Source: Clostridia bacterium (GTDB lineage: Bacteria; Bacillota; Clostridia; Oscillospirales; CAG-382). Taken from it: DNA of 64,000 bases. The stretch spans positions 2,069-66,068 of the forward strand of contig JAFQHW010000010.1 in NCBI GenBank assembly GCA_017397805.1, in the 5' to 3' direction. The position numbers and the translations under genes were made by a program. Positions 19,659 through 29,566 of the stretch are shown here, piece by piece. The notes under the pieces are model-generated. The model worked only from the letters and a program-made list of their open reading frames with translations, was not told where the DNA came from and did not search any database. The stretch's first letter is position 1, and every line of letters starts with the position of its first letter.

Positions 19659-20918
19659 TTAGTTTTTGTTTATTTCATCTATTCCCACGCTTGCCTTGTG
19701 AGGTATGGGCTTCCAGGTTACCTTACTGAAAAGGGCTATCCACATGGTAATGTCGCCGATAATGCCGAAGGTGGTAAAAAACAGCGAATACCACAAAATT
19801 TTATGCAACCCCAAGGATTTAAGCCGTTTCCGTTCCGTAAAGAACAGCAAAAGTCCCATGGGCAAGGACAGTAAATGCTCGAACAAAAGGATTTTTACCA
19901 CGCTTAACGCCAAGGAGGCAACGGAGGCGGCGGAGCTTGCAAGCAGTACCAGCAGTACGGCACTTAAAAGCTTTACGGGGATTATTAGCATACCGTAGGG
20001 CAGGTTCGTAAGCTGAAAATCCAAGGCTGAAGCCTTATTCCGTAGGGTTTTGCCCCCGAAAGTGCACTTCCACAGCTTAACGAAGAACATCCGAAACGCC
20101 ATAAGATGCCCCTTTGACCAGCGGATACGCTGGCGGAACGCGATCCTCATATCCGTAGGCTGTTCATCGTAGAAGACCGCCTGATGCTGATAAGTAACGG
20201 TTATCCCCTCGGCAATTATATCCGAGGTAAACTCTCTGTCTTCCGTAAGGGTGGTATAATTCCAGCCGTCTTTTACCAGAGAGGAGCTGAACAAAAATCC
20301 GGTGCCCTGCAGTCGGGTGGAGATTCCCAAAACCGATCTTCCGCGGCTTTCAAAGCGGGAAGTTCTCAGCCAATGCAGTGCGTATGAGGCTGAGATGGCG
20401 CAGTCGTCTATATTTTTGGTGTTTCTGTAGGAGGTTATCGCCTTCTCTCCGGTGTGGAAGGCATCGTTCATACGGCTTACGTAATCGGTGCTGAGCAGAT
20501 TGTCCGCATCGAACAGAAAATACCCCTCAAAGCTCTCGATTCCGTAGTCCTTTTCTATGTTTTTGAACAGAAATTGCAGTGCGTAACCCTTGGTGCGGTG
20601 CTCGTTGTCAAAGCGCTCGTAGCAATGGGCGCCCAAGCTTCTTGCTATCTCCGCTGTCTTGTCTGTACAGTTGTCCGCCACCACGAAAATATCCAAAAGC
20701 TCTTTTGGGTAATCCTGCTTTTTGATACTGTCTATAAGCTTGCCGATGACCGCCTCCTCGTTCCTTGCGGCGATGACCACGGCGTATTTGTGCTTTTCTT
20801 CCGTTTGGGGGAATTTTTTCGTGACGAAAAAGCCGACGACCATAATAATCGACCTGTAAGCGTAGATCGCCCCGAACACCGTTATGATTATTTCGCAGAT
20901 TCGGCTCAGTAGTTCCAT
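19659..20918 (-). CDS. Membrane-embedded processive family-2 glycosyltransferase (PgaC/IcaA/NodC-type), copy B
   Basis: 419 aa. N-terminal TM helix, GT2 core (VVIAARNEE, DADN), Q(R)xRW motif FRQRIRWSKG, and several C-terminal TM helices. Confidence 0.8.
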   Translation of the reverse strand: MELLSRICEIIITVFGAIYAYRSIIMVVGFFVTKKFPQTEEKHKYAVVIAARNEEAVIGKLIDSIKKQDYPKELLDIFVVADNCTDKTAEIARSLGAHCYERFDNEHRTKGYALQFLFKNIEKDYGIESFEGYFLFDADNLLSTDYVSRMNDAFHTGEKAITSYRNTKNIDDCAISASYALHWLRTSRFESRGRSVLGISTRLQGTGFLFSSSLVKDGWNYTTLTEDREFTSDIIAEGITVTYQHQAVFYDEQPTDMRIAFRQRIRWSKGHLMAFRMFFVKLWKCTFGGKTLRNKASALDFQLTNLPYGMLIIPVKLLSAVLLVLLASSAASVASLALSVVKILLFEHLLSLPMGLLLFFTERKRLKSLGLHKILWYSLFFTTFGIIGDITMWIALFSKVTWKPIPHKASVGIDEINKN

Positions 20919-20934
20919 ATATACCTCGTTGGTA

Positions 20935-22194
20935 TTATTTTATGTCGTCTATTCCTATGTCCGACTTATGGGGTATAGGCTTCCAGGTAACCTTGCTGAA
21001 CAGTGCTATCCACATGGATATATCACCGATTACGGTGAATATGGGGAAGGTTATGCAGAACAGGATATGCTTCCACCGCTTCATTCGTTTAAGCCGCTTG
21101 TGCTCTGCTATCACCACCGCCGCTATCCAAGGGATATCCCCTATCTTGCCGATAAACAAAATGCCCAATATTTTATAACATAAGCTCCACCAATGGGGGT
21201 CATCCGTCGCCAAGGCAAAGCCCAGCGCCGCCGCCAGAAGCTGAATGGGCACCATAAAGATGCAGTAGGGGAAGTTGGTTATCTGAATATCGAAGGCAGA
21301 AAGCTTGTTTTGCCAGGTCTTGCCCGTGAAGGTACATTTCCACAGCTTGAAGAAAAACATCTTGAACGCCAAAAGGTTGCCCTTTGCCCAGCGGATGCGT
21401 TGACGGAATGAGATGCGCAAGGATACCGGCTGTTCGTCGTAAAACTCCGCTCGGTGCTGATAGCTTATCCTGACACCCTCCGCTATGAGATGTGAGGAAA
21501 ACTCCCTGTCCTCCGTAAGGGTAACGAAGTTCCAACCCTCTTTCACAAGGGAGGAAGCGAAAAGATAGCCGGTGCCCTGCAATCGGGTGGAAAGACCGAA
21601 AAAGGACCTTCCTCGGCTTTCAAGGCGTGCCGTACGTACCCAGTGAAGGGCGTAGCTTGAGGCTATGGGGTTATCGTCTATATTTTTGGTGTTTCTGTAG
21701 GAGGTTACGACCTGCTCACCGCTGTGGAAGGCGTCGTTCATACGGGCGATGAAGTCTTTTTTAAGGAGATTATCCGCGTCGAATATAAAATACCCCTCAA
21801 AGCTCTCGATTCCGTAGTCCTTTTCTATGTTCCTGAACAGATATTGCAGTGCGTAGCCCTTGGTGCAGTGCCGGTTATCGAAGCGCTCGTAGCAATGAAC
21901 GCCCGCGTTCCTTACTATTTCCGCTGTCTTGTCGGTACAGTTGTCCGCCACCACGAAAATATCCAAAAGCTCTTTTGGGTAGTCCTGTTTTTTGATACTG
22001 TCTATAAGATTACCGATGACCGCCTCTTCGTTCCTGGCGGCGATGACAACGGCATATTTATGCTTAACTTCCGTTTCGGGGAACCGTTTGGTAAGGAAAA
22101 AGCTTATAAATTTAAGGACGGTGCGGTGGAAATAGCACACGCTTACGATGCTTATTAAAAGATTACACAGCCAAAGCAGTTCCTTCATACCCAC
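20935..22194 (-). CDS. Membrane-embedded processive family-2 glycosyltransferase, copy A (tandem paralog)
   Basis: 419 aa with the same architecture (FRQRIRWAKG). It shares 45-47 bp perfectly identical DNA tracts with copy B. Confidence 0.8.
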   Translation of the reverse strand: MGMKELLWLCNLLISIVSVCYFHRTVLKFISFFLTKRFPETEVKHKYAVVIAARNEEAVIGNLIDSIKKQDYPKELLDIFVVADNCTDKTAEIVRNAGVHCYERFDNRHCTKGYALQYLFRNIEKDYGIESFEGYFIFDADNLLKKDFIARMNDAFHSGEQVVTSYRNTKNIDDNPIASSYALHWVRTARLESRGRSFFGLSTRLQGTGYLFASSLVKEGWNFVTLTEDREFSSHLIAEGVRISYQHRAEFYDEQPVSLRISFRQRIRWAKGNLLAFKMFFFKLWKCTFTGKTWQNKLSAFDIQITNFPYCIFMVPIQLLAAALGFALATDDPHWWSLCYKILGILFIGKIGDIPWIAAVVIAEHKRLKRMKRWKHILFCITFPIFTVIGDISMWIALFSKVTWKPIPHKSDIGIDDIK

Positions 22195-22322
22195 ACTCCC
22201 CCTATTTTAATAACTACATAGTATCACAAAGCGGTGGGGTAGTCAAGATTTTAACGTAATAATTGACAAAAAGCCGTATATGGGTTATAATCGGTGTAAT
22301 TAATTGAAACTACGGAGAAATT

Positions 22323-23420
22323 ATGAAGAAACAAAGACTTTTGGTATTGCTTGCGGCGGCGCTGTGCCTTGGCGCTTGCAGTGATATAAACGTGGAAGAA
22401 CCGCCTGCCTCCTCGCAAGTCGCGGAGGAGAGCGTTATAAGCGAGGAAACCGCAGAAGAAGGGGAAAGCCTGTGGATTTCCGAGGAAGAAAGTGCGTTCA
22501 CGGCAGAAAGCAGTGAGCCGACCGCCGAAGAGAGCAGTGAAGAACCCGTTGAGGAAAGCGCTCCTCCCCAAGTGACGGAAAGCAGTTCCGCCCCCGAAAT
22601 CAACGTAAACACGGCGGAGATATGCGCGGCCATCGCCGCCATTAAGGAAAGCGGGTTCACCACCGATATAGACGACCCCGAGGCGCAGGAAAAGCTAAAA
22701 GAGCTTCAGGAATACCTTGAGGGTACGACTTACGGCTTTTTTTACTGCGATCTGGAGTTTACCCGCTATATAGCTTACGGCACGAACAAGCAATTCCACA
22801 CCGCAAGCACCTCCAAACTGCCCTACATAAAGCATCTTGCGGAGAGGGTGGATGCAGGTGAGATAGATTTAAGCGAACAGCTGGTACAGCTTGCGGAATA
22901 TCACGACCCCGGCAGCGGAATCCTTAAAAACAACACCCCCGGCGGCAGTTACAGCGTTGCCACCCTTATGGATTACGTGCTGAGATACAGCGATAACATA
23001 GCGTATAAGATGCTGATACAGCGTTTCGGACTTGCCGAGTTCAAAGAAGGGCTTAAAAACATAGGCGTAAGCTTCGAAACCTATAACGGCTACGGTAACT
23101 GTACCGCTTCGGAGATGGCGGCAATGCTTTTTGACGTGGCAACCTATAAGGGCGGTTGCGTGGAGCTTATCCAAAACGCCGCATGCAACGCCAGCTATAA
23201 CTGGCAGTTCGGCGCGGAGCTTTCCGAGTACAAGGTGATGCAAAAATACGGCGTTATCAAGCCTTCCAACCTTATGTACCACGATATTGCCGTGGTTTAC
23301 GCGCCTAAGCCTTATCTTATAGTGATGTACACCAACATTAACTACGACAGTGCTGATAAAAACGTTCCTTTCCGCAAAGTTGGCAGACTTGTGGAGGAAA
23401 TAGACGCGCTTTTGCGGTAA
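22323..23420 (+). CDS. Lipoprotein with class-A beta-lactamase-like serine hydrolase domain
   Basis: Lipobox LCLGAC, an E/S-rich linker, the SxxK motif STSK and the SDN motif (YSDNIAY). Confidence 0.7.
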   Translation: MKKQRLLVLLAAALCLGACSDINVEEPPASSQVAEESVISEETAEEGESLWISEEESAFTAESSEPTAEESSEEPVEESAPPQVTESSSAPEINVNTAEICAAIAAIKESGFTTDIDDPEAQEKLKELQEYLEGTTYGFFYCDLEFTRYIAYGTNKQFHTASTSKLPYIKHLAERVDAGEIDLSEQLVQLAEYHDPGSGILKNNTPGGSYSVATLMDYVLRYSDNIAYKMLIQRFGLAEFKEGLKNIGVSFETYNGYGNCTASEMAAMLFDVATYKGGCVELIQNAACNASYNWQFGAELSEYKVMQKYGVIKPSNLMYHDIAVVYAPKPYLIVMYTNINYDSADKNVPFRKVGRLVEEIDALLR

Positions 23421-23474
23421 AATTTGCGCAATATTAACGAAATGTGTACAAAAAATAAATTTTTGTAAATACTA

Positions 23475-23503
23475 TTGAAAAGGCATTTCGTTTATGATAT
23501 AAT
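23475..23503 (+). promoter_or_regulatory. sigma-A type promoter of secG
   Basis: TTGAAA, 17-nt spacer, TATAAT. Confidence 0.65.
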
Positions 23504-23543
23504 TCGAATGTTGTAGACTTTTATGGATTTATTGGAGGTATGA

Positions 23544-23990
23544 TTGGTTATGACCACTCTTGAAATTGTAATAGGTATTCTTCTTTTTATAATGGCAATA
23601 TTCCTTATCGTTTCCATTCTTATGCAAAGCGGTAAGAGCAAGAAGCTTTCCGGCACTATCGCCGGCGGCGCTGAGACTTTCTTTGGTAAAGAAAAGGGTC
23701 AGGCTATAGATAGGACTTTGTCTAAGGTTACTAACGTCGTTTCCTTGATATTCGTTGCGCTTATCCTCGTTCTTTTGTTTGCTGACGCTAAGAACGACGC
23801 TGAAGCTAACAAGAACACCGATACCGGCAAGAGCCCCGAAGAATCTACCGAAGAAAAGGCTGATGCGGCTGAAAGCTCTGAAGAAGCTGTTTCCTCTCTC
23901 GTTTCCGAGGAAGCTTCCGTTGAGGTTCCCGAAGCAGACGATGCAAGCGCAGAAGTTAGCGCAGCAGTAGCTGAAAGCTCTGAAGCGTAA
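23544..23990 (+). CDS. secG: Preprotein translocase subunit SecG with long acidic C-terminal tail
   Basis: The N-terminal 75 aa (LFIMAIFLIVSILMQSGKS...GG...FFG) is SecG-like. Roughly 70 aa of D/E/S/A-rich low complexity follows. The start is the TTG at 23544 or the ATG at 23550. Confidence 0.85.
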   Translation: MVMTTLEIVIGILLFIMAIFLIVSILMQSGKSKKLSGTIAGGAETFFGKEKGQAIDRTLSKVTNVVSLIFVALILVLLFADAKNDAEANKNTDTGKSPEESTEEKADAAESSEEAVSSLVSEEASVEVPEADDASAEVSAAVAESSEA

Positions 23991-24098
23991 GCGCAAAACA
24001 CAAAGGGTTACCGTTTTTCCGCGGAGATAAGCCGCGGTAAGCAATGACACAACTGGCGAGGTTGTCCTTTGGTTAAAAACAACATAAGTAAACACAAA

Positions 24099-24141
24099 AG
24101 CTTCCTCCTTTATACATAAAGTAGGGGAGCTTTTTGTTTTT
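24099..24141 (+). terminator. Rho-independent terminator after secG
   Basis: An imperfect stem AGCTTCCT/AGGGGAGCT (with G-U pairs) followed by TTTTTGTTTTT. Confidence 0.55.
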
Positions 24142-24159
24142 CGCAAATGGGAAAGTGGG

Positions 24160-25878
24160 TTGAATATGCAAGAAACAATGAGTTTTACAGAGAATAACGG
24201 CGAAAATAACGGTGCGGTGCTTAAAAGCGTAACCGGCAGACTTTATACGGAAAACGGCAAATTCTACGTATACGGCGACTGCGGTGAGACGATTGAGGTG
24301 GACGGTGCCGTTCCCAATGGTTACAAGGACGGCGACAAGGTGGCGCTGGATATAAAAGCAGAGGGCGTGGTTTTTACGGAAAACTTCGGTCCCTCCGCAG
24401 AGGCGGAGCCGAATTTAAAGGCTATGCTTCGCCGCGGCGGCTTTGACAAGCCTTTTGAGGCGGATGCGCTGATGGAGGCTAAGGCGGCGGCGTTTACGGA
24501 GATAACCGCCCGTATGGCAAAACGCACCGACCTGAGAGGTAAGACCATAATAACTCTGAGCGAAACGGAAAACAGCCGTACCGAGTGCGGGTTTTCTGTA
24601 GAGCTTGATAAAGAAAACCACTATATATTGGGCATACACACTGTTGACGTAGCAGAATTTGTGGATAAAGGCAGTCCCTTGGAGAAAGCCATATTCAGTC
24701 GCCGCAAGACCGTTATGCTACCTTCCAGGGAAATTCCCATGTTGCCCGAAAGCCTGACTAAAGGGCCCTGCTTTTTGGAGGTAGGTGCGGACAGGTTGGC
24801 GGTAAGCTACTTCCTGACCGTGGACGAAAACGGCAACGTTCTCTCCTTCGATTTTTGTGAGAGCGTTATAAATACCGCGGCAAACTGCCTTTTCGGTGAA
24901 ATAGAAGCGCTGTTTTTGGATTACGATACCTCGGCTATTATGCCTTTACGCAAGGCTTATGCTTCCGTTTTCCCCACCATTGCCAATATGTTTTCCTTGG
25001 GCGCGGCGCTTCAAAATGCGAGAGCCATAAGGGGCGGCGCGGATATAGATAATGCGAAGCGTTACTTCTTGTACAGCCGCCACGGCGGCAAGCCTATCGG
25101 TATTGCTTTCCGCAAAGACAGCGACCCCCGCAGATTGATAAGAGAGTTTTTGTCCGTTGCGGGGCAGGAGCTGGCGGCGGCGCTTTATAAAAATGATATG
25201 CCTTGTCTGTACAGAGTGCAAGCCGAGCCTGCGGCTGAGGCTATTGCCCGTTTCCGCAACCACGCGGAGTTAGTGGGTGTTGACACTGAGCCTTACGGTG
25301 ATAAGGAGCTTTTTGCCGCTGTTGCAGACAGCATAAGAGGCATCAGAGAAGAGGAGCTTTTGCTCAGCGATTTGCATTCTCTGCTGCCGGAGACGGATTT
25401 TGACCAAAATCCGCACACTCATTTCATTCACAACACGGATATGTACACACGATTTGCTTATCCTCTAAACCGTTGCGCGGATTTTGCAATGCAGAGGATA
25501 GTGAAGGCGGTCATAGCCAAATCCGAACAAATGGATTTGCTAAGAGAAAAGTCAAAGGAAAGCCTTTTGGCGGCAAAGGGTGAAAAGGACGTAAACCGTT
25601 GCGAGAAGCAAGCCGAGGATTTAGTGGCTTTGGATTGCTTGAAGCGTGACAGAGAAAAGGATTACTGTGGCTTGGTTAAATCTATAACCGCCGACGGCGT
25701 AACCTTGCTTTTGAACAACGGTTGCGTAGGTAAGCTTACCGCAGAAAGCGTGGAAAAGCTCAACGCGGCGGACGAAACTGCCGTAATAGGCGGCAAGCTT
25801 TGCCGTTTCGGAACGGAATTGAAGGTGCGCTTCTCTTCCGTTGACTTTGAAAGCGCGACGTTGTACGTGGATGCTTAA
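24160..25878 (+). CDS. RNB-domain (RNase R/RNase II family) protein with degenerate catalytic motifs
   Basis: 572 aa. RNB motifs GIHTVDVAEFV and TVMLPSREIPMLPESL are present. The DxxxxxDxDD motif is replaced by TLSETENSRTECGF, and PIRRY by PLNRC. It sits in the secG-rnr syntenic position. An alternative start is the ATG at 24166. Confidence 0.75.
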   Translation: MNMQETMSFTENNGENNGAVLKSVTGRLYTENGKFYVYGDCGETIEVDGAVPNGYKDGDKVALDIKAEGVVFTENFGPSAEAEPNLKAMLRRGGFDKPFEADALMEAKAAAFTEITARMAKRTDLRGKTIITLSETENSRTECGFSVELDKENHYILGIHTVDVAEFVDKGSPLEKAIFSRRKTVMLPSREIPMLPESLTKGPCFLEVGADRLAVSYFLTVDENGNVLSFDFCESVINTAANCLFGEIEALFLDYDTSAIMPLRKAYASVFPTIANMFSLGAALQNARAIRGGADIDNAKRYFLYSRHGGKPIGIAFRKDSDPRRLIREFLSVAGQELAAALYKNDMPCLYRVQAEPAAEAIARFRNHAELVGVDTEPYGDKELFAAVADSIRGIREEELLLSDLHSLLPETDFDQNPHTHFIHNTDMYTRFAYPLNRCADFAMQRIVKAVIAKSEQMDLLREKSKESLLAAKGEKDVNRCEKQAEDLVALDCLKRDREKDYCGLVKSITADGVTLLLNNGCVGKLTAESVEKLNAADETAVIGGKLCRFGTELKVRFSSVDFESATLYVDA

Positions 25879-25909
25879 TGTTTCACATGAAACAATTTAG
25901 GAGGGTTCT

Positions 25910-27277
25910 ATGTTTATGAACTTTGGGAAGAAGGCTGTAGCTTTGCTGTTGGCGGTAGGGATACTTGCAGTTTCGGGATGTGACGAGCAAAAAGAGCCGT
26001 CACCAGAAAGCAGTGAGGTTGAAAGCGTGGCGGTGGAGAGCGATACAAGTCTTACGCCTCAAGAACAGCTTCAGCTTCTTGACGATTTGGACGGCAAATA
26101 TAAGGGCAGAACCTTTAAAATCGTTACCACGGAAACTTCTCTTTTCGAAAACGATGCGGAAAGTCCGTTGGGCAAGGCAGTCAGCGAAAGAATAACGTTG
26201 ATTGAGCAAAGCCTGGACGTTAACGTGGAAATCGTTGAAAAAAGCGTGTCTTCCATTAAGGAAGGACTGAGAAAAGCCAAAAGCGAGGGCAAATCCTATG
26301 CGGATATGATCTGCGCCCCCGCACACGCTATGGCAGAGCTTGCGGAGGCGGGACTTTTGCAGGATGTTTCTTCCTTGCCTTACTTGGATTTAGACGCAAA
26401 TTACGTAGATAAAGAGCAGATAGAAAGCCAAAGCGCATCGGGCAAGCTCTATTTTCTGTCAGGTGACGCTACTTTGAATATAAACAGCGCTACGGTGCTT
26501 TTTTACGACAAAAAGCTTCTTGACAGCGTGGGGATCTCCCCTGCGGACAAGGTGTTCTCCGGTGATTTCACTTGGGATGAGCTTTTGAGTATGATAAACT
26601 CCGTCAGCACGAGTGGTGTTAAAGCCGACTACGCTTTAAGCGAGGAGGAGCTTTACTACTCCGTGTATAAGTCCATGGGCGGCAGTTTTATAAAAACCTC
26701 CGAGGACGGTGCCGAGCTTTGCTATGACAGCACCTTGGCAAAAACCACCGACAGTATATGTAATTCCTTGTTTAAAAACGCCGCGGGCGAGGACGGCGGC
26801 GCCTTGGTTAACTTCGTTAACGGCAAGACCGCGTTCTTGGTTGCAAGACTTGACAACGTGGTCAACATAGCCAAAAAGAAGTCCGAATGGGGTATTTTAC
26901 CCTTGCCCAAGCTATATTCCGGCAGCAGCGACTATAACTGCGCGGTAAGCGCATCCGTGGCTTCCTTGGGTGTTCCCACCGCTTGCAGTGACAGTGCGTT
27001 TTCGGGATTTATGCTCAACGCATTTTTGGCGGCAAGCAATAACGGATTGGATGAAGGGCTTAAATCCACCTATATCAACTACTATTTCTGGAGCAACGAC
27101 AGTGCCCGCGTGCTTGATTTGACCGAGCAGTCCTTGGCATACGATTTGGGTATTTTATACTCGTCTTTGCCTGCGGTTTACGACGTAAGCACCAAGTTTT
27201 TGGCAAACGACCGAAAGCAGACCTTGGAACAGGTGGATATACAATATTTTTATGAGTTTTGGCAGGAGCTTTTCTGA
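25910..27277 (+). CDS. Lipoprotein, extracellular solute-binding-protein-like (no adjacent permease genes)
   Basis: 455 aa. Lipobox LAVSGC. Size and composition are typical of family-1 sugar SBPs. This family assignment by eye is weak. Confidence 0.5.
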   Translation: MFMNFGKKAVALLLAVGILAVSGCDEQKEPSPESSEVESVAVESDTSLTPQEQLQLLDDLDGKYKGRTFKIVTTETSLFENDAESPLGKAVSERITLIEQSLDVNVEIVEKSVSSIKEGLRKAKSEGKSYADMICAPAHAMAELAEAGLLQDVSSLPYLDLDANYVDKEQIESQSASGKLYFLSGDATLNINSATVLFYDKKLLDSVGISPADKVFSGDFTWDELLSMINSVSTSGVKADYALSEEELYYSVYKSMGGSFIKTSEDGAELCYDSTLAKTTDSICNSLFKNAAGEDGGALVNFVNGKTAFLVARLDNVVNIAKKKSEWGILPLPKLYSGSSDYNCAVSASVASLGVPTACSDSAFSGFMLNAFLAASNNGLDEGLKSTYINYYFWSNDSARVLDLTEQSLAYDLGILYSSLPAVYDVSTKFLANDRKQTLEQVDIQYFYEFWQELF

Positions 27278-27285
27278 TAAAACTA

Positions 27286-27314
27286 TTGCATAAGCGGAAT
27301 ATTTGTGATAAAAT
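27286..27314 (+). promoter_or_regulatory. sigma-A type promoter of pgk-tpiA
   Basis: TTGCAT, 17-nt spacer, TGaTAAAAT (extended -10). Confidence 0.6.
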
Positions 27315-27360
27315 AACTTGATAAATAAAATTTTTCTTATATAAAGAAAGGTGTTTTGAT

Positions 27361-28566
27361 ATGGCAGTTAAAAAATCAGTTGAAGACCTTCAGGTGGCAG
27401 GCAAACGCGTTCTTGTAAGATGCGACTTTAACGTTCCTCTTAAGGACGGCGTTATTACAGACGAAAACCGTATAGTTGCGGCTCTTCCCACGATCAAGTA
27501 TCTTCTTGACAACAACGCAAAGGTTATTCTTTGCTCTCACTTAGGTAAGCCCAAGGGCGTTGCAGATCCTAAGTATTCCTTGGCACCCGTAGCAGTAAGA
27601 CTTGGCGAAAAACTGGGTAAGGAAGTTGTTTTTGCCGCTGACGACGAAGTTGTAGGCGCAAACGCAAAGGCAGCAGTTGCCGCTATGAAGGATGGCGACG
27701 TTGTTCTTCTTCAGAACACCCGCTACAGAGCAGAAGAAACCAAGAACGGTGAGGCTTTCTCCAAGGATCTCGCTTCTTTGGCAGACCTTTTCGTTAACGA
27801 TGCATTCGGTGCCGCACACAGAGCACATTGCTCTACCGTAGGCGTTGCTTCCTACGTTGAAGAATCCGCTAACGGCTACCTTATGGCTAAAGAAATTAAG
27901 TTCTTGGGCGATGCTGTTAACGCACCCGTAAGACCTTTCGTTACCATCCTCGGCGGCGCAAAGGTTGCTGATAAGCTTGCAGTTATCGAAAACCTTCTCA
28001 ACAAGGCTGATACCCTTATTATCGGCGGCGGTATGGCTTATACCTTCCTTAAAGCTAAGGGTTATGAGATCGGTACCTCCCTCGTTGACGACGAAAAGAT
28101 AGATTACTGTGCAAAGATGCTTAAGGATGCAGAGGCAAAGGGCGTTAAGATACTTCTTCCCGTTGACTGTGTTATCACTAAGTCCTTCCCCGATCCTATC
28201 GATGCTGAGATAGAGGTTACTCCCGTTGCGGCTGACGCTATCCCCGCAGATATGATGAGCCTTGATATAGGCCCCAAGACCCGTGAGCTCTTCGCAAACG
28301 AGGTTAAGAGCGCTAAAACCGTTGTTTGGAACGGTCCTATGGGCGTGTTCGAAAACCCCATCCTTGCAAACGGTACCATAGCTGTTGCTAAGGCTCTTGC
28401 TGAAACAGACGCAACCACCATCATCGGCGGCGGCGACAGTGCGGCAGCAGTTAACACCTTGGGCTTCGGCAGTAAGATGAGCCATATTTCTACCGGCGGC
28501 GGCGCTTCCCTTGAATATCTTGAGGGTAAGGCTCTTCCCGGTATCGAAGCAATGACAGACAAATAA
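27361..28566 (+). CDS. pgk: Phosphoglycerate kinase
   Basis: 401 aa. [15 protein letters not shown] and GGGDSAAAV motifs. Confidence 0.97.
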   Translation: MAVKKSVEDLQVAGKRVLVRCDFNVPLKDGVITDENRIVAALPTIKYLLDNNAKVILCSHLGKPKGVADPKYSLAPVAVRLGEKLGKEVVFAADDEVVGANAKAAVAAMKDGDVVLLQNTRYRAEETKNGEAFSKDLASLADLFVNDAFGAAHRAHCSTVGVASYVEESANGYLMAKEIKFLGDAVNAPVRPFVTILGGAKVADKLAVIENLLNKADTLIIGGGMAYTFLKAKGYEIGTSLVDDEKIDYCAKMLKDAEAKGVKILLPVDCVITKSFPDPIDAEIEVTPVAADAIPADMMSLDIGPKTRELFANEVKSAKTVVWNGPMGVFENPILANGTIAVAKALAETDATTIIGGGDSAAAVNTLGFGSKMSHISTGGGASLEYLEGKALPGIEAMTDK

Positions 28567-28617
28567 AACAAGAAAGGGCGGCAATTTGGTTAACATAATG
28601 CCGTAAAAGTATAGAAA

Positions 28618-29391
28618 ATGAACAAAGCTACAAGAAAAACCGTTATCGCAGGCAACTGGAAGATGAACAAGACTCCCGATGAGGCAGTTGCACTTATAGA
28701 AGCTATAAAGACAGAGATCGCAGGCAAACAGACTGACGGTTGTGAAATAATCGCAGGCGTTCCCTTCGTTGATTTGGCAGTAGTTGCTAAGGCAATCGAA
28801 GGCAGTCCCATCAAGTTGGCAGCTCAGAACGTACACTGGGCGGCAAGCGGTGCTTTCACCGGCGAAATCAGCGCAGATATGCTCAAAGCAGTAGGTGCTG
28901 AGTACGTTATCATCGGTCACAGCGAAAGAAGACAGTATTTCGGCGAAACAGACGAAACCGTTAACAAGCGCGTTGCCGCTGCTCTTGCCGCCGGTCTTAA
29001 GGTTATCCTTTGCGTAGGCGAGCTTAAGGCAGAGCGTGAGTCCGGCATAACCGAGGAAATCGTTTCCATGCAGGTTAAGCTTGACTTGGCAGGCGTTAGC
29101 AAGGAAGATATGGCAAACGTTATTATCGCTTACGAGCCTGTTTGGGCTATCGGTACCGGTCTTACCGCTACCTCTGCTCAGGCTGAAGAGGTTTGCGCTT
29201 CCATCAGAGGCGTAGTAGCAGGTCTTTATGATGAAACCGTTGCTGAAGCAACAAGCATTCAGTACGGCGGCTCCATGAACGCAGGCAATGCGGCAGAGCT
29301 TCTTTCCATGAAGAATATCGACGGCGGTCTTATCGGCGGCGCTTCTCTTAAAGCTCCCGATTTCGCAACCATCATCGCCGCTGCTCAGTAA
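28618..29391 (+). CDS. tpiA: Triose-phosphate isomerase
   Basis: 257 aa. AGNWKMN, IIGHSERR, AYEPVWAIGTG and GGASL motifs. Confidence 0.97.
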   Translation: MNKATRKTVIAGNWKMNKTPDEAVALIEAIKTEIAGKQTDGCEIIAGVPFVDLAVVAKAIEGSPIKLAAQNVHWAASGAFTGEISADMLKAVGAEYVIIGHSERRQYFGETDETVNKRVAAALAAGLKVILCVGELKAERESGITEEIVSMQVKLDLAGVSKEDMANVIIAYEPVWAIGTGLTATSAQAEEVCASIRGVVAGLYDETVAEATSIQYGGSMNAGNAAELLSMKNIDGGLIGGASLKAPDFATIIAAAQ

Positions 29392-29401
29392 GGAGAAATG
29401 C

Positions 29402-29507
29402 GTTGTGCTTGCACACAACGAAGCGATATAAATCCCTTACGGGATTTGCGATATGCCTGAAGGCGCGATATGCGTTACACGCGCGGTATGTTGCCTTCGG
29501 CAACGAG
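29402..29507. repeat. GCGATAT/hairpin array, copy a
   Basis: gttgtgcttgcacaac, then GCGATAT-aaatcccttacgggattt-GCGATAT-gcctgaaggc-GCGATAT-gcgttacacgc-GCGGTAT-gttgccttcggcaac. Confidence 0.8.
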
Positions 29508-29523
29508 AAAAAAGGATGCATGA

Positions 29524-29566
29524 GAAATTCCCAACCTTTCCTATGGGTAAGGTTGGGAATTTTCTT
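29524..29566 (+). terminator. Rho-independent terminator of pgk-tpiA
   Basis: Stem GAAATTCCCAACC/GGTTGGGAATTTT followed by T-rich sequence. Confidence 0.75.

Noticed and set aside
27541-29418. 625-aa ORF on the minus strand, plus similar long antisense ORFs at 1091-2281, 11632-12573, 40278-41159, 41413-42342, 54239-55120, 57424-58728 and 59886-60857.
   Set aside because: Each lies entirely antisense to a confidently identified conserved gene (pgk/tpiA, gyrB, the nucleotidyltransferase, rnfB, the DUF4445 gene, miaB, mutS/mutL, mutL/tgt). Their translations are low-complexity with no motifs. They are shadow ORFs typical of GC-balanced coding DNA.
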